Source: Tubulanus polymorphus (taxonomy: Eukaryota > Animalia > Nemertea). Taken from it: a DNA stretch of 64,000 bases. The position numbers and the translations under genes are program-made. Below are positions 62,701 through 64,000 of the stretch, piece after piece (the stretch's first letter is position 1; each line of letters opens with the position of its first letter). The notes under the pieces are model-generated. The model was not told the origin of the DNA, ran no database searches, and was given only the letters and a program-made list of their open reading frames with translations. The stretch is taken from positions 12,574,275 to 12,638,274 of the forward strand of contig NC_134032.1 in assembly GCF_964204645.1 (NCBI RefSeq), written 5' to 3'.

Positions 62701-63914
62701 AAGTTATTCGAATCATTGTGGCCACTTTCCACGTAAGTGAATTAACTTGAACAAAAAATGCGGTGCCTGCTATAAGTTTGATGGTGTAGATTTTAATAGA
62801 AATATAGAAGAAATTGAAACGCAAATAACTGAGTAACTATCAGTGCATCTGGTTGATCCTCACTTGTTACATGAGTGGAATCCTCTTTTGCCACAATGAT
62901 TGATGCACTAGTTAAATTTGGTCTTGTCATGAGAGGAATTCTCACCACAGATACACTCCAAAAAGCTCATTAGAAAATAAATCGATTTTAACAGAGTTTT
63001 TGCCTTTTCGGTACTAAATGCTTAGCATTTTGTTTTATTTTGTAGAATTTATTAGAGAAATCAACTGATAAGGATATATCGCAGATGTACGCGTTATCGA
63101 TGGTTCAGTGTAAAGTATTGAAGCAGTTAGATTTATTGGAAGGCAGAAAGTTCGACGATCCCGATATCACCAACGACATGGAATACCTAAATGAATATCT
63201 ACAAGCTAGCGTCCGCGACCTCAGGTGAATATTTCATGCGATGCGAGTATGATAAAACCTCTCGTAAATGCGAATCAACCATTCGTGTGAAGTGTGGATA
63301 ATTACGTGCGCTGATAAAATATCCTATGCTTGATGTTTATTGTTAATTTTCAATTAAAAATGTCTCAGTTGAAGTACTGAACACAGGTGAAGTGTGGACG
63401 ATAAGTTTTTGAAAGTGTGCTCATAAAATGTCTAATATCTGGTGTTTGTTGTCATTTTCAATCAAAAATGTCTCAAATGTCTCAGTTGAAGTACTGAACA
63501 CATGTCACATGTGAAGTGTGGATTTTTTTGAAAGTGTGCTGATAAAATGTCTTGTTCTTTAATTAGAAACACGGTTATTTCTTCTAGTTCCTTTGATGAA
63601 TACTCAACCGAAGTGAAATCTGGACGATTAGAATGGAGCCCGGTGCATAAAACGGAGAAATTCTGGAGGGAATGCGCTCAACGCCTTAACGAGAAAAACT
63701 ACGAACTGTTAAAGTAAGTCTGTGATGACAGAATATCTTCTTGAATTTTGACTACGCTCTGCTGAGCATCGCTCATTTCATAGAATCTTGTTCTTTCGTT
63801 TATTTGTTTTAGAATATTGATAAAATTGATGGAGTCGAGTCGTGATCCGTTGATTTTGTCGGTAGCAGCTCACGATATCGGGGAATATGTGAGGCATTAT
63901 CCTCGAGGAAAACA
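59712..63914 (+). CDS. ATP6V1H: V-type proton ATPase V1 subunit H; 3' end lies beyond the window
   Basis: Exons 59712-59790, 59876-59957, 60291-60390, 60770-60859, 61178-61294, 61541-61743, 62461-62568, 62648-62732, 63046-63224, 63588-63713, 63813-63914, in phase. Motifs [97 protein letters not shown]. Confidence 0.96.
60448..60617 (+). mobile_element. Related fold-back element with a hammerhead motif (60509-60552) in ATP6V1H intron 3
   Basis: Arms AACGAGAGAAATCCCACAATAA...TTATTGTGGGATTTCTCTCGTT, similar to the end of the 23676 element. Internal CTGATGA-T-tGCTAA-tagtct-TTAGCC-GAAACGTT. Confidence 0.6.
61823..62425 (+). repeat. Intronic minisatellite (~75-95 bp units, higher-order ~251-bp repeat) in ATP6V1H intron 6
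   Basis: GTGGATCCTCACTTGCCACAAGT.GAATCCTCTATTGC..CAGTAGTTGATGTCCTACT.CACACTAGCACAC repeated about 7-8 times. Partial copy at ~62849-62905. Confidence 0.9.
63285..63551 (+). repeat. Dispersed intronic tandem family (TGTGAAGTGTGGA...GAAAGTGTGCTGATAAAATGTC...GAAGTACTGAACAC)
   Basis: 2-3 units here; related units at ~35745-35912 (GGT intron 2) and ~56128-56372 (SLC25A32 intron 6). Confidence 0.75.
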
Positions 63915-64000
63915 GTAAGTATTCATCCTACAGTGTCTCACGATGCCATCAGCTTGAAATCTTTGTTAGGGAGGATATGTCTATATTAGGGTAGAGGTTT

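Overview
Eukaryotic genomic DNA from an invertebrate animal (probably a lophotrochozoan; inferred from AT-rich GT-AG introns and gene content). Most entries in the ORF track are spurious. Four spliced protein-coding genes can be reconstructed by hand with phase-consistent exons: a GGT7-like gamma-glutamyltransferase (minus, 30232-36775, 15 coding exons, ~646 aa), an 11-finger C2H2 zinc-finger gene (minus, 37613-39921), the mitochondrial folate/FAD carrier SLC25A32 (minus, 55945-58789, 7 exons), and V-ATPase subunit H ATP6V1H (plus, from 59712, running off the window, head-to-head with SLC25A32). The first ~27 kb has no recognisable protein. It looks like the promoter(s) and long first intron of an unidentified minus-strand gene (candidate first exon 26357-26423), with clustered nuclear-receptor, E-box and D-box motifs. 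41.7-54 kb is an AT-rich block of old duplications, RTE-like LINE remnants and paralogous exon-like segments. Most notable small structures: minimal hammerhead ribozymes in Penelope-like inverted-repeat elements (23744-23787, 60509-60552, degenerate pair at ~29250-29325), two adjacent long hairpins sharing one loop (22052-22331), and a stack of three mini-palindromes separated by a repeated 7-bp target (43554-43675). No CRISPR, rRNA or intact tRNA was found.
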